Below are positions 25,101 to 34,456 of a stretch of 64,000 nucleotides of DNA, piece by piece. A program made the translations under genes and the position numbers. The notes under the pieces were generated by a model. That model was not told the origin of the DNA, did not search any database, and saw only the letters and a program-made list of their open reading frames with translations. The stretch is from positions 64,001 to 128,000 of IMG/VR virus record IMGVR_UViG_3300036770_002724, one strand, 5' to 3'. Numbering within the stretch: the first letter of the stretch is position 1; each line of letters opens with the position of its first letter. The stretch is from a virus.

Positions 25101-27400
25101 TCCTACGGAACCGGATTCTTTCGGGCGGCGGAGCCAACAGTTCGATGGCTCCGGCTTCTGCGGAAGCCCAGACGGGCCTCGTAGTCCGGGGTGGAACCGG
25201 GCTGACGAAGGCAGGTTTGGAGCAGGGGTCGTTCGCGGAGGCCACGGCGAAAGCGGTGGTTCGTGCGGCGACGATTGCGGGCGAGGTGGTTCAGGACGGC
25301 GGTTACAGCGCCAACAGCGAGCTTCAGGTCACGTTCTATGACGGGACCGGAAGCGTGGCGGCGAACAACCAGTTCGCCTTCACGATGGACGGAGTTGCGG
25401 TGAACTTCGCTTTCATCGCTTCCGCGACGGGAACCGTCACTCCGCTGGGTCCGATCACGACTGCGACTACGGTCCTCGGTCAGATTGCGGCGGCGATGGC
25501 GGCGGTCGCCGGGCAGCCCTTCGGTAACGCGGCGGCGATCATCGCGGCCCGCTATGTCCGTCAGGAAGGTCTGGGGATCCGGCTCACCAGTTCGCTCTTC
25601 TCGGAGCAGTCGGTCATTACCGTCGGTTCGGGGAGCGCCAACGCGGTCCTCGGATTCACGGCAGGGACCACGGTGCAGAGGACGCTGGTGACGGCTAAGG
25701 CTTTGGCTTCGGCGGTCATGGGTCAGCGTCACGCGACGTTCAGCACCCTCCTGCTCGGGCTCGCGTCGTCGAACACCTACTTCTTCGACGAAGCCTTGGC
25801 GGGCGTCATCGAGGATGCGGCGGGGGCGGAGTACCTGTACCTCCAGTCTCGGACGGTCGGGACTAGCTCCCAGGTTCGGATTCGCTTCACGAGCGTGGGC
25901 GGTATTCGGACCCAGGACGCGACGTTCCCGGGAACCGGCCTCGACGTTCAGGATTCGGCGGGCGACATCGGAGAGGCGGCGATCAACGGGTTCTTTGTGA
26001 CCTCGAACGTCGTGAACGGCTCCGGGTCGGCTAACGACTCCATCTTGAACAACGGGACCGGGTCGGACGGTGTGATCGGCCAGACGTACCGGGATGCGGT
26101 CACGGGCCTGACCTTCACCATCTTGCCGAGGGGCTTCCAGACGAACTCGACCGGCCCGTGGGTTGCGTATCCGACGGGGGCCAATGCGACGTTCCGGGTC
26201 CAGGTCTCGAAGACGGTCACCTGTGACGCGAACCTTCCGATCACCGCTTTGCCGGGGGTCGAGTTGAAGGTGGCGAACACCTTCAACGTAGCGGCGGGGG
26301 ACACGGGCATCGTCAGCACCTTCAAGCGAGGGGGCAACGAGCCTGCGATTGGCGACCTCTACTACGTCAGCTACATCTACGAGAAGCAGGACTACAACAC
26401 CCAGTTCTTCACGAAGATGTCGTCCATTGAGGCGGCGTTCGGTTCGATCTCGCCGGACAACCCGGTTTCCCTTGCGAGCTACCTGGCGATCTTGAACGGC
26501 GCGATCCTGATCGGGATCAAGCAGGTCAAGAAGGCAGAGGGGTCGCAGCAGGGCAGTTTGGAGTCGTACCGGGCGGCTATCGAGGATCTGGAAGGGGTGC
26601 AGCCGGGCCAAGTGGCTCCGGATCTCATCACTCCGCTTCGCGGGGATTCGCTGGAGCTATTCCAGATCCTCAAGAAGTCGAACGCGATCATGTCCTCGAT
26701 TCGCTATCGCTCGGAGCGGACGAGCATCATCGGGCTCTCGGCGGGGACGCTTCCTGATGCGGCGCAGCGGGTCGCGGAGCAGCTTCGCGATACTCGGATG
26801 CGTCTCGTCTATCCGGACATTGTGACCGTGGACATCACGGATGCCTTTGGCCGGATCAAGGAATACCTGGTAGACGGGACGTACCTTGCGGCGGCGATGA
26901 CGGGTTCGGTGGTCTCTCCGAACTACGACGTAGCGACTCCGTGGACGAACCGGCTTCTCACCGGGTTCAACAGTCTCGCTCGCATCCTCGATGCGGTCGA
27001 GATGAACCAGATCGCGGTGTCGGGCGTCACGGTGCTTGAGCAGCGGGGGAACAATATCCGGGTGCGCCACGGGCTTACCACGGACATGACCAACCAGCTA
27101 ACCAAGCTCCCGACGATCATCCAGATCGCGGATGAGGTTCAGCGTCAGGCTCGGGCGACGTTGGAGCGGTTCATCGGCCTCAAGTACCTGCCGGGCATCG
27201 CTTCGCAGGTCGAGGGTCGGTTGTCGATGATGTTCAAGAACCTGGTCGCCGCTCAGATTGTTGCGGCGTACACGGGGGTGAAGGCGACTCCGGATGCGGA
27301 GGATCCGACGCTCTTGAACGTGGAGGCGTACTACAGCCCGATCTTCCCGCTGCTGTACATCGTGATCACGTTCAACCTGCGGTCGCGGTTGGCTGCCTAG
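22124..27400 (+). CDS. Contractile tail sheath protein with very large insertion (1758 aa)
   Basis: N-terminal YAPPGVYTQT; C-terminal sheath core (ERTSIIG, RLVYPD, YLAAAMTG, N.IAVSGVTVLEQ...IRVRHGLTT, ADEVQRQARATLERFIG, VEAYYSPIFPLLYIVITF). Confidence 0.9.
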   Translation: MAFPNDQYAPPGVYTQTNFENPLASTLASVKVPVMIGEGNESLFQRNLEVVRGSSKSVDIFVPQEDETGRAVVSISQTGQVTLGDFDGIRTRFRVRQFPIVTGDGTATTTNNRSDVQVTTTNNQPLVVLSVDGARGIIELAQPPAVGQVVRCSYYFDRTDTLATDNVSDQVTPTPALIRAVTGIIDANSPNQTGPQTPLTFYGDVLNSLGQVVVPANNVLLLTVDGVGRNIVIPPRTGYTMAQVASAISAAAVGTLTASTFVNQYGMSALSLSADFDITVGAGSANALLGLVEGASSNRTNVFYVFNGPITDGSNGGVTTTDTAHVTVKVDGRQVIPTKVDGTTRAVTLPYAPKAGSTVAITYYWNTWQDTFDYLANIGVSQITACGFTPGGSDYIQGADFILKDDKVVWGTASLVAAGVNTSGSEFFNESKITPVLVDNKTFLSPCDPIVDVTTGVASARDFTLPFQPTLGNGRDTSLGQSLFQSVSNGRIDLPVNRPDVIDAYWGYDVPDALARGKINVTKVDGLVITLESDVPVGANVYATFYYNRLVDQEYTLTCTIPGVSGVGQYTIQDNGANDLFNAKFPTSSKGSSLNGVTIEFPSGSELTPDLRHEGLSGSDFIGPVEETVTVQFASRWAGPARFSLPGSAPYQFIPGQSDRLRIQIDGSDLVSGLTGASLNAITTSTSAFGSLLGNEIAYTGGTGATVGLTYSLDSDETVSLLIDGSDVEVTVPAANNVNASVFVDRINEAASGHSSTAAAGAAANTEIVLNATPRSSINGYYVGWVVVIGNGAAGAVAGTTAVVTAYNGSTGVATVGSSLGGIPLALDPYHIYNPTARSYLKGATKFSGPVTITAGQHDDLQFTYIGTPSGTFTDTITITAGTYASVAALVTEIETQLAASIGGAGAAFAGLDIECSADADGRLQFAIQLPGADSAGSLQFLNAASVAQDFAILAGLDTAAASGGGQAALIQAPVAVLYTVTSGGVRPYDRIILRNRILSGGGANSSMAPASAEAQTGLVVRGGTGLTKAGLEQGSFAEATAKAVVRAATIAGEVVQDGGYSANSELQVTFYDGTGSVAANNQFAFTMDGVAVNFAFIASATGTVTPLGPITTATTVLGQIAAAMAAVAGQPFGNAAAIIAARYVRQEGLGIRLTSSLFSEQSVITVGSGSANAVLGFTAGTTVQRTLVTAKALASAVMGQRHATFSTLLLGLASSNTYFFDEALAGVIEDAAGAEYLYLQSRTVGTSSQVRIRFTSVGGIRTQDATFPGTGLDVQDSAGDIGEAAINGFFVTSNVVNGSGSANDSILNNGTGSDGVIGQTYRDAVTGLTFTILPRGFQTNSTGPWVAYPTGANATFRVQVSKTVTCDANLPITALPGVELKVANTFNVAAGDTGIVSTFKRGGNEPAIGDLYYVSYIYEKQDYNTQFFTKMSSIEAAFGSISPDNPVSLASYLAILNGAILIGIKQVKKAEGSQQGSLESYRAAIEDLEGVQPGQVAPDLITPLRGDSLELFQILKKSNAIMSSIRYRSERTSIIGLSAGTLPDAAQRVAEQLRDTRMRLVYPDIVTVDITDAFGRIKEYLVDGTYLAAAMTGSVVSPNYDVATPWTNRLLTGFNSLARILDAVEMNQIAVSGVTVLEQRGNNIRVRHGLTTDMTNQLTKLPTIIQIADEVQRQARATLERFIGLKYLPGIASQVEGRLSMMFKNLVAAQIVAAYTGVKATPDAEDPTLLNVEAYYSPIFPLLYIVITFNLRSRLAA

Positions 27401-27420
27401 TCCATGACGGATTAGGACTG

Positions 27421-27458
27421 GGAAGGGGGTGTCGGGTGAGAGCCTGACACCCCCTTCC
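27421..27458. terminator. 16-bp hairpin between the sheath gene and a convergent gene
   Basis: ggaagggggtgtcggg-tgagag-cctgacacccccttcc (one G-T pair). Confidence 0.75.
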
Positions 27459-27472
27459 TGTTTCCTGGGAGT

Positions 27473-27940
27473 TCAAGCGGCAGCGGCGAGTCCGTCAAGC
27501 TGCTTGAGGATCTGCACCTTCCGCTCATTCGAGGGCTTCACGCCCGAGGGGAAGTAGCTGTTCACGGTCTCAGCGTCCACACCGAGGTCCAGAGCCCGCT
27601 TGCAAATCTCCTCCTTCGAGGGGAGCGCCACCCGGCCCTTGTCCGAGACGGTGAGCGTGAAGCCCGCGAGGGTGCGAGTCTCACCCGACGGGGCCTCGGC
27701 CTTGTCGGTGGCCTCCTCGACCTTGGCCTCGGCCTTGGGCTTCCGCTTCACCACGACCTTCTCGGCCTTCGGAGCCTTGGGCGCCTTCGGAGCCTTCTCG
27801 GCCTTGGGCGCCTCGACGGTCTCGGTGGTCGCGGCGGGCTTCGCCTTCAGCGACTCGATCTCGTTGAGCGCCGCCTGAGCGGCGTTCGCGAGCGCGAGCG
27901 ACTGGTGGTACACGGTCTTGAGGTGCATTTCGAGCGACAT
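27473..27940 (-). CDS. Lys/Ala/Pro-rich histone-like protein on the opposite strand
   Basis: EAPKAEKAPKAPKAPKAEKVVVKRKPKAEAK tract; AAAGGA RBS; strong G/C third-position bias supports coding. Confidence 0.7.
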   Translation of the reverse strand: MSLEMHLKTVYHQSLALANAAQAALNEIESLKAKPAATTETVEAPKAEKAPKAPKAPKAEKVVVKRKPKAEAKVEEATDKAEAPSGETRTLAGFTLTVSDKGRVALPSKEEICKRALDLGVDAETVNSYFPSGVKPSNERKVQILKQLDGLAAAA

Positions 27941-28141
27941 TGTTTTGTCCTTTCGTTTTGAGGTCTTTGCTGACCCGGCCTTTACCTTACCTGCCTTTTC
28001 GTTTTCCGCTACCCTTTTTTTATCGCGTCTTCGTTTTTTTCCTTTTCTCGTGCGCTAGGCTTTACCCTTCATTGAGGGTTCTGGCCTCCCGTTTGCCAGC
28101 CTATACTGACCACTTCAGAGAAGACCTCGGGAGGTCCACAC

Positions 28142-28978
28142 ATGGTTGCCAGCAGCGATAAGAACCCACAGAACGGCGTACAGGGTACGTCGTACCTCTA
28201 TCAGTTTGGTACGACTCCAAACACGAGGACTGCGGTATCTCAGCGTAACCGCGTCCTGACTCCCGTCTACGGCAACAATGCGGCGCTTCATCAGATGGGC
28301 GTCTTGGGGACGTTTGGTGTCGATCAGTCGCGGACCATCGACAATGTCCGTGGCATCGGCTTCGGAGACAAGGTCGCGGAGCTTGTCCCTTCGATCCAGG
28401 AGCCTGTGACCGTCAGCCTGGAGCGTGCCCTTCTTTACCTCTGCAACATCTGGCAGGCGACCGGCTACGCAGCGGGAGTAGACGGCCCCGTGCGTATGCT
28501 CACGCACCATCGCTGGCCCTTCGACATTGAGCAGCAGTTGGTTTTCTCGACGCTCGCGGATGCGGACATCGGGGCTGCTTCGACGGGCGGTTACGGTGGG
28601 ACTTCGGGTAACTTCGACGGTGGCGTAAAGGCCATCGCATATCCCGAGGTCACCCAGGATGCGGGCAATCCTCGGAGCCCGACTTCTGCATCGCGCGGTC
28701 ACACGGCGATCATCACGATCTACGAGGCGTGCTGGTTCAACGCTACGGGCTCTTCTTTTGCCAAAGACTCCGGGCTTGTCATGGAGACGGCGAACGTCAC
28801 GGTGTCGGACATTCACGATTTCGCTTCGGTCTACGGCGAGTTTCTCGCGACCGGAAACGATCCGACCATCGGGCAGCTAGGCTCGATTCGTTTCGCTTCG
28901 CTGGAGGGCGCTCGATTCGACGGCGCTAGCGGTAGCGGAATCGGGGGCGGGGGTGCTGCTCTTCAGCTAGGCGGATGA
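28142..28978 (+). CDS. Tail tube protein
   Basis: Follows the sheath. Pattern GVLGTFGVDQSRT...RGIGFGD..AELVP...VSLERALLY...PFDIEQ...IYEACWF...VMETANVTV; GGGAGG RBS. Confidence 0.8.
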   Translation: MVASSDKNPQNGVQGTSYLYQFGTTPNTRTAVSQRNRVLTPVYGNNAALHQMGVLGTFGVDQSRTIDNVRGIGFGDKVAELVPSIQEPVTVSLERALLYLCNIWQATGYAAGVDGPVRMLTHHRWPFDIEQQLVFSTLADADIGAASTGGYGGTSGNFDGGVKAIAYPEVTQDAGNPRSPTSASRGHTAIITIYEACWFNATGSSFAKDSGLVMETANVTVSDIHDFASVYGEFLATGNDPTIGQLGSIRFASLEGARFDGASGSGIGGGGAALQLGG

Positions 28979-29205
28979 TGCTAGCCCCTTTGATGGGGTA
29001 ACGTGACCTCAACAGCTTCGGTGGCATCCGACCGACAGACGTACAAGAACGTATTATCCTTGTGCTTTCCCCGGCCCGTGTTGATAAGGGTCGGGGCCTC
29101 CGGCCAGACAAGCCGGTCAGACAGACGAGACGACTGAGAACGACATCGCATTGTGCTGTCTAGGGCCGACCGTTGCTGTTCCCTACCAGGACCAAGGGAG
29201 CAGAT

Positions 29206-30351
29206 ATGACCCTCACACTACAGGCACTAGAGAAAGCACTTGATACCATTGGCTCCGTCGGCAAAGGCGAGATTGCCTTTGATGTCGCCGGTACGTCCGT
29301 TGTTCTTCGGATCATTCCCCCTGAAGAGGAAGCCCTGATTCACAGGCAAGCCTCTCAGATGATCGTCGCTGACGAGTCCGGGAAGCAAGATCAGTATTCC
29401 GCTTTGGCCTACATCAACGAGGTCAAAACCGGCATCGTCGCCCATGCTCTCATCGAGATCGATGGGATAGACCTCCGGGGCTCCCCGTTCATTGAGACAG
29501 GGGAGAAGCTCCCGAACGGCAAGGCGGTCAAGATTTCGCGTGCGGAGGCCATCCGCAAGATCATCCGGCAAAAGGAGTGGTCAAGTACGCTCCAGGCCAT
29601 GATGTTCCGCAAATACGGCGAGTTGATCGAAGAGGTCGAACGCCAGGCGGAGAAGGCCATCGTCTTCAACCCTTCGGATCGACCTGCCGAGATCGACCGG
29701 CTGCGGAAGCGGCTTGAAGAACTTGAGGAGCAGGAGCGCCAAGCCAAGGAAGAGGGTGAAAAGACCGTAGGGACCGAGTTCGCCCGGAAGGTCCGGTCCA
29801 TCGTCGCGATGGAGGACCGCGAGGAGTCCCCAGAGCCCCCCGTCCAGGAGGTCCCTCCCCAGCCGGAACCTCAACTACCGGAGCAGGAGCCTATGGGGGC
29901 GGCTCCCAGTCGTCGTCCCTTGATCCCGCAGAGGGCCACCCCTCCCGCCCCCGTGGCTCAGACGGTAGTCCCTGATAGCCCTCCCCCCCAAGTTCTTCCT
30001 GTGGTGGACGACTCGTTCCTCGACACGAGCGACTCCGATGAAGCGATGCGGGAAATCGAGGCAGAGAATCAGCGGTTGCTGCGGGCTCGCATGGGGGCGG
30101 GTCAAGCCCTATCCCCGGCCCCTGAGTCGGCGCTTACGGCTCCGAGGGCAGCACGGCGTCCACCACACCTCGATGCCTTGGAGGCCAGTCAGCCAGACAG
30201 GAACTTTCTTGGTGGTCTGAACCAAGGGTCTTCTTCGCTCAAGGCTCCAGTAGAGGAGGTGTCGCGAGGCCCACAGCCGTCACGTCAGGTGTCGATCAAC
30301 ACGCCCGCCAAGGGTGGGTCGAATCCTCGGTTCAAGCCCACGGGTAGGTGA
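29206..30351 (+). CDS. Tail assembly chaperone (with Pro-rich low-complexity C-terminus)
   Basis: Position between tube and tape measure; ATG 29206 with GGGAG RBS. Confidence 0.6.
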   Translation: MTLTLQALEKALDTIGSVGKGEIAFDVAGTSVVLRIIPPEEEALIHRQASQMIVADESGKQDQYSALAYINEVKTGIVAHALIEIDGIDLRGSPFIETGEKLPNGKAVKISRAEAIRKIIRQKEWSSTLQAMMFRKYGELIEEVERQAEKAIVFNPSDRPAEIDRLRKRLEELEEQERQAKEEGEKTVGTEFARKVRSIVAMEDREESPEPPVQEVPPQPEPQLPEQEPMGAAPSRRPLIPQRATPPAPVAQTVVPDSPPPQVLPVVDDSFLDTSDSDEAMREIEAENQRLLRARMGAGQALSPAPESALTAPRAARRPPHLDALEASQPDRNFLGGLNQGSSSLKAPVEEVSRGPQPSRQVSINTPAKGGSNPRFKPTGR

Positions 30352-31559
30352 GCCTCATGTCGCTTCTCCCGGAGACGACGGCGGCGCAACGGGATCCTTT
30401 TTACGAGGACGTCGAGTCCTTGTTGCTCCCGGGTTTTTTGTCTCATCCCGTCGTCGTCCAAGACACCCCCCTTTGTCTGCGGACCCTTGGGCCGGGTGAC
30501 ATGTTCGCCCTCAAGGCCCGGATGACCACGTTGAGTTCGGAGTGGCGAGCCTGGACCGTAGCCTCGTCAATCTGGATGATCAACGGGATCAGTCTGTTGG
30601 ATGAGCCGGGTCTGGTTCCTCGATTGGCCGACACTGTCCGGTCGCTCCCAAAGAACGCCCAAGACATCCTGTTCGCCGTCATCGTCGGTTTGTTCGCGCG
30701 CCAGAACCGGGCGGGGACTTCCATCGAGTCCTACTGTTACGAGATCCAGTCCCGCTACCAATGGCGGTCCTTGAAGGGCACCAGTTTTCCGGACCATGCG
30801 GGCATACCGGGTGTCCAGCGGCTTGGGACGAACGTCATCCAGCGGATGTGGTCGGCGTACAACATGTACGAAGACCAGCGGGAGCAAGATGACACCTTGT
30901 GGGAGGGCTTCAAGCTCTCCGCGTCTGCGATGTCACCCAAGGGCATCCAGAAACTCGACCAAAGGGACAAGGAGCGACGCTCCAAGGAGAACCAGCGTCG
31001 CCAGGAGGTGATGGATCGGTTCTTCTACTGGAAGCTCGGGATCTTGGATACCCCGAAGACGTCCGGTGACCGTCGCAGGTCGCTCGATCACGGGTCTGGC
31101 GGGTCGAAGTCGGTCGAGGAACTAGAGGAGGAGATGCGGCGTTGGGTCAGCGGGGAAGAGGACTGGCACGACCGCGTTGTCCGCGAATACAAGCAGAAGA
31201 TCGTCGCCCGGATCGAATCTGACAAGATCGAACAGGACCGACGTATCGCAGCCCTACAAGCAGAGGCTGCGGCACAGGGTGCAGACCTGCGACCGAGTAC
31301 GGCCCTTGTCGGCTACACCCCGGATCAGCTTACCAATATCGTGGGGGATCGTCAGGTAGGTGCTCCTGGAACCCGCAGGGTCTCCTTGGGTGGCGGTCAG
31401 CAAGAATACCTCTATGAGAAGTACCTTGGGAGTGCTCTGACGCCGGGCAAGCTCAAGGTCGAGGGTGAGAAGCTCGTGGTGGAAGAGGACGCACAGCGGG
31501 CCAGTTTGTCCGAGCAGGTTGCTCAACGGCAAGTGCCCTTCACAAATGGGGGTAGCTAG
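30348..31559 (+). CDS. Second tail assembly chaperone
   Basis: GTGA overlap with the previous gene; LCLRTLGPGD motif; immediately precedes the tape measure. Confidence 0.55.
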   Translation: MSLMSLLPETTAAQRDPFYEDVESLLLPGFLSHPVVVQDTPLCLRTLGPGDMFALKARMTTLSSEWRAWTVASSIWMINGISLLDEPGLVPRLADTVRSLPKNAQDILFAVIVGLFARQNRAGTSIESYCYEIQSRYQWRSLKGTSFPDHAGIPGVQRLGTNVIQRMWSAYNMYEDQREQDDTLWEGFKLSASAMSPKGIQKLDQRDKERRSKENQRRQEVMDRFFYWKLGILDTPKTSGDRRRSLDHGSGGSKSVEELEEEMRRWVSGEEDWHDRVVREYKQKIVARIESDKIEQDRRIAALQAEAAAQGADLRPSTALVGYTPDQLTNIVGDRQVGAPGTRRVSLGGGQQEYLYEKYLGSALTPGKLKVEGEKLVVEEDAQRASLSEQVAQRQVPFTNGGS

Positions 31560-31561
31560 CG

Positions 31562-34453
31562 ATGGCTTCATCGGCAGTACTGAATCTTCTTGTAACTCCC
31601 CAGTTCACCAATGATGCGAGCTATCTCAGGCTATGGAATAGGCTGGCGGGTAGGCAGGGGGATACTCTCCGTAAGAAAATTCAGGAGGCCGTCGGAGCGG
31701 CTACGACCAAGGGCTTTTCGATCCAAGCGGCGGATCGATATGGTCAGAGGCTATTGCAGCAAGCCTCCAGGATCTCGGACCTTCAGGAAGCTCAGATCCA
31801 TCGGGACGCCGAGCTTGAGCGGAAACTCCAGAGTGAACTTCTCAGCGACCGGGAGAAGCAGACTCTACGAATTGAATACCTCCGTCACCAGCAGGAAATC
31901 GACAACCTTGAACGCAAGTTCAAGCGTGAGATGGAGGAAGCTGAGAAGATAGGTGACGCGATTGCGGAAAACGCCGCCAAGTCTTTCAGTGAGCGTTCCG
32001 AAGAAATAGGTGAAGGGATTTCGGGTGCCTTCCAAGACGCTATGAAGGCGGACCTCAAGAGCTGGGGTGATCTGCTGAAAAGCGCAGGCCAACAAGCTCA
32101 AGTCTCTGGTGCCCAAATGGGGGACGCTGGTGGCATCGGGAAGATGCTCGGACCCCTCCTCGGGAAGATCGGCAAGTTTCTTACCCTCGTAGGTCCGCTG
32201 CTCTCTGGGTTTGGTTCCATCCTGACCATGTTCTTTGAGCTAGACGCTGCCTTGAAGGAATTCAACAAAGAACTGTTTGATGGCGGGGCGGCGGCAGGCG
32301 AGTTGATAGACCAGTTCGGGGACATGGAGCAGAGCCTCGACAATGTTCGCGACGCTTTCACCAGCTTTGAGGGAATCAACATCAGTCGGTTGTATGGGAC
32401 AACCGCCAAGGAAAACGCCAAGATCATCGGTCAGTTCGCCGCAGCCGGGCATACCTATCAGGAGTTGACCCACGGGATCCAGGACGCCACCAAGGCCCAA
32501 GAAAAGCTCCGTGACGCGACTGAGACAACGCTCATCTACTCCCGGCTCTTCGGTGAGGAGGCGGGGCAAATGTCGGAGCGGGTCTCTGACTACATGGAGT
32601 CTCTTGGCTACAGCCTAGAATCGGTCGCTCAGAGTCTATCCCAAGTCCACATGCAGGCCATGCAGTCGGGGTTCGGGATCAAGCGGTTCTTCACCCTGCT
32701 CAACCAGGCGACGGCGGACATGTCCATGTACAACGTCCGTCTGGAGGAGGCAGGTCAGCTTCTCGCTAATCTCGGGAAGGTCATGGGGGCTGAAGAAGCC
32801 GGACAGCAAGTCGCGGGCTTGACTAAGGGCTTTGCCGAGGAAAGCGTTGAGGCGAGGCGCAAGCGCATCTTGACCACGCCGGGGATGGCGGAGTTGATGA
32901 AGAGGAGTGCCGAAACTGCCTCTGACATGTTTGTCAAGAACCTTGAGACGGCCAGAGGCGGCAGTATACTCAAGGACGTGCTCACAGGGGCCGGGTTGGA
33001 GGTCACCCCTGGTGGTCTTGTCTCCGGATTGGGCGCCATGTCCAAGGAGGAACAGGCAAAACTGCTGGTAGAGGCCGGGAAGTCGGGGAACGACGATCTG
33101 GTGCGATCTCTCGAAGTCTTGATGAGGGCTTCGGCAGGGGCTACGGGATCTATGGAGGGCATGATTGCGGGTATGGGAGCCCTTGGTCCTGGAGCGAAGC
33201 TCGTCGCCATGATGACTCAGGGCATGGATATCTTCGGGGCGGGCAAAGCTCTGTACCAGTTCACCAGCGTCCAGAGGCAAGCCTTTGAGACCTTCACGGG
33301 CATCTCTGGTCAGCAGTACGAGCAGCTTTCCGCTCTCAGCAAGATGATGGAGGGTCGCTTCCTGAAGCTCCAGGAGGTCTTGAAATCGGGCGAGACCATG
33401 ACTGAGGCTCAAGAAAAAGAGCTGATCAAGCTGACCGGCGCGACGATTGAAAACGGCAAGATCGTCCAGGCTGCCATCAAAGATGACCAGATCGTGAGAG
33501 GCAAGCGGGAGGTGAAGTCCTCCAACGACCTTCTGATGATGGACGAAAGTATGTCCAACATCCTCGCGCAAGGTGTGGATCAGGACAAACTTCTCGCGCA
33601 ACAGATGGCGAGCCGTGTCACGGAAATCTCCAAGATCCTTGAGGTTGGGATCGAAGCGTTGCTTCTTCGGATCGCGGGGGCTGTAGACAATATCTGGTCC
33701 CACATCAGTTTCTCTGGCCTAGATGAAGACGAGAAGGCAAACCTCAGAGTCATCCTCGAAAAGCTGGAGGCCCGGACCAACGAACTCCGAAATCAGGAAG
33801 CAGAGACAACCAAAGAGCAAAGAAGAATCTCAAGTGAGATTGAGAGGGCGTCCCAAGCCGGAGATGTGGCGAAGATCACCGAACTGAAAAGTGAAGGCGA
33901 TCTACTGGAAAAGAAACTCGGTCAGATCAGAACGCAGCAAGACATTATCGCTAAGGCTCGCAAAGAGGCTAGGGAGTCCAAAGGTCAGGGCATAGGCAGC
34001 AAGACCGTTGATGAATTCTCAGTAGCAATCACTAAAAAACTGAAGGAGACGGCTCGGGAAGAGGACGTCTATGAGGCTCTGGGGTCTATTGCTGCGAAAG
34101 CCCGCGAGGAATACCTGCCGGGTGAGACCTACTTGATGCGACAGGAAAGACTGAGGGCAAGTGGTAGTCAACTCCCAACCGATAGTGCCCAAGGCATCCC
34201 TCCTGCACAAGACTTCTTGCTCCAGGTGGGTTCCGGTGGTCGGGTCAAGTTCGCTCAGAGGGTGGACGCGAACGACGTCGCCGTCCTGTCCAAACCGGGT
34301 GGCGCCATCGACCGAGCACGAGGTTCTGCTGCGATAGCAGGTACGGCTGCCGTCCCTGGGGCCGGGGGTGTGACCAACGTCTTCCACCTGTATAATGACG
34401 CTCCGGGCATAGTCAGCGCCATCGCCAAGGCGCAGCGCGCGGGGGTTCTCTAA
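31562..34453 (+). CDS. Tape measure protein
   Basis: 963 aa, helical, Ala/Gly/Glu-rich with coiled-coil segments; canonical position after the chaperones. Confidence 0.8.
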   Translation: MASSAVLNLLVTPQFTNDASYLRLWNRLAGRQGDTLRKKIQEAVGAATTKGFSIQAADRYGQRLLQQASRISDLQEAQIHRDAELERKLQSELLSDREKQTLRIEYLRHQQEIDNLERKFKREMEEAEKIGDAIAENAAKSFSERSEEIGEGISGAFQDAMKADLKSWGDLLKSAGQQAQVSGAQMGDAGGIGKMLGPLLGKIGKFLTLVGPLLSGFGSILTMFFELDAALKEFNKELFDGGAAAGELIDQFGDMEQSLDNVRDAFTSFEGINISRLYGTTAKENAKIIGQFAAAGHTYQELTHGIQDATKAQEKLRDATETTLIYSRLFGEEAGQMSERVSDYMESLGYSLESVAQSLSQVHMQAMQSGFGIKRFFTLLNQATADMSMYNVRLEEAGQLLANLGKVMGAEEAGQQVAGLTKGFAEESVEARRKRILTTPGMAELMKRSAETASDMFVKNLETARGGSILKDVLTGAGLEVTPGGLVSGLGAMSKEEQAKLLVEAGKSGNDDLVRSLEVLMRASAGATGSMEGMIAGMGALGPGAKLVAMMTQGMDIFGAGKALYQFTSVQRQAFETFTGISGQQYEQLSALSKMMEGRFLKLQEVLKSGETMTEAQEKELIKLTGATIENGKIVQAAIKDDQIVRGKREVKSSNDLLMMDESMSNILAQGVDQDKLLAQQMASRVTEISKILEVGIEALLLRIAGAVDNIWSHISFSGLDEDEKANLRVILEKLEARTNELRNQEAETTKEQRRISSEIERASQAGDVAKITELKSEGDLLEKKLGQIRTQQDIIAKARKEARESKGQGIGSKTVDEFSVAITKKLKETAREEDVYEALGSIAAKAREEYLPGETYLMRQERLRASGSQLPTDSAQGIPPAQDFLLQVGSGGRVKFAQRVDANDVAVLSKPGGAIDRARGSAAIAGTAAVPGAGGVTNVFHLYNDAPGIVSAIAKAQRAGVL

Positions 34454-34456
34454 GCC

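Noticed and set aside
25103-26611. Long antisense ORFs in the track (e.g. 25103-26611, 36979-37953, 42621-43823, 32636-33703, 9625-10653)
   Set aside because: They are shadows of GC-rich genes on the opposite strand: Arg/Asp/Gly-rich, with no motifs or RBS, and fully overlapping well-supported CDSs.
27755-27815. Short tandem DNA repeats (gccttcggagccttgg...)
   Set aside because: Explained by the PKA/EKA peptide repeats of the histone-like protein; not an independent repeat element.
29206-31559. Programmed -1 frameshift between the tail chaperones (lambda G/GT type)
   Set aside because: The second ORF has its own start overlapping the first stop (GTGA), and I found no convincing slippery heptamer near the junction.
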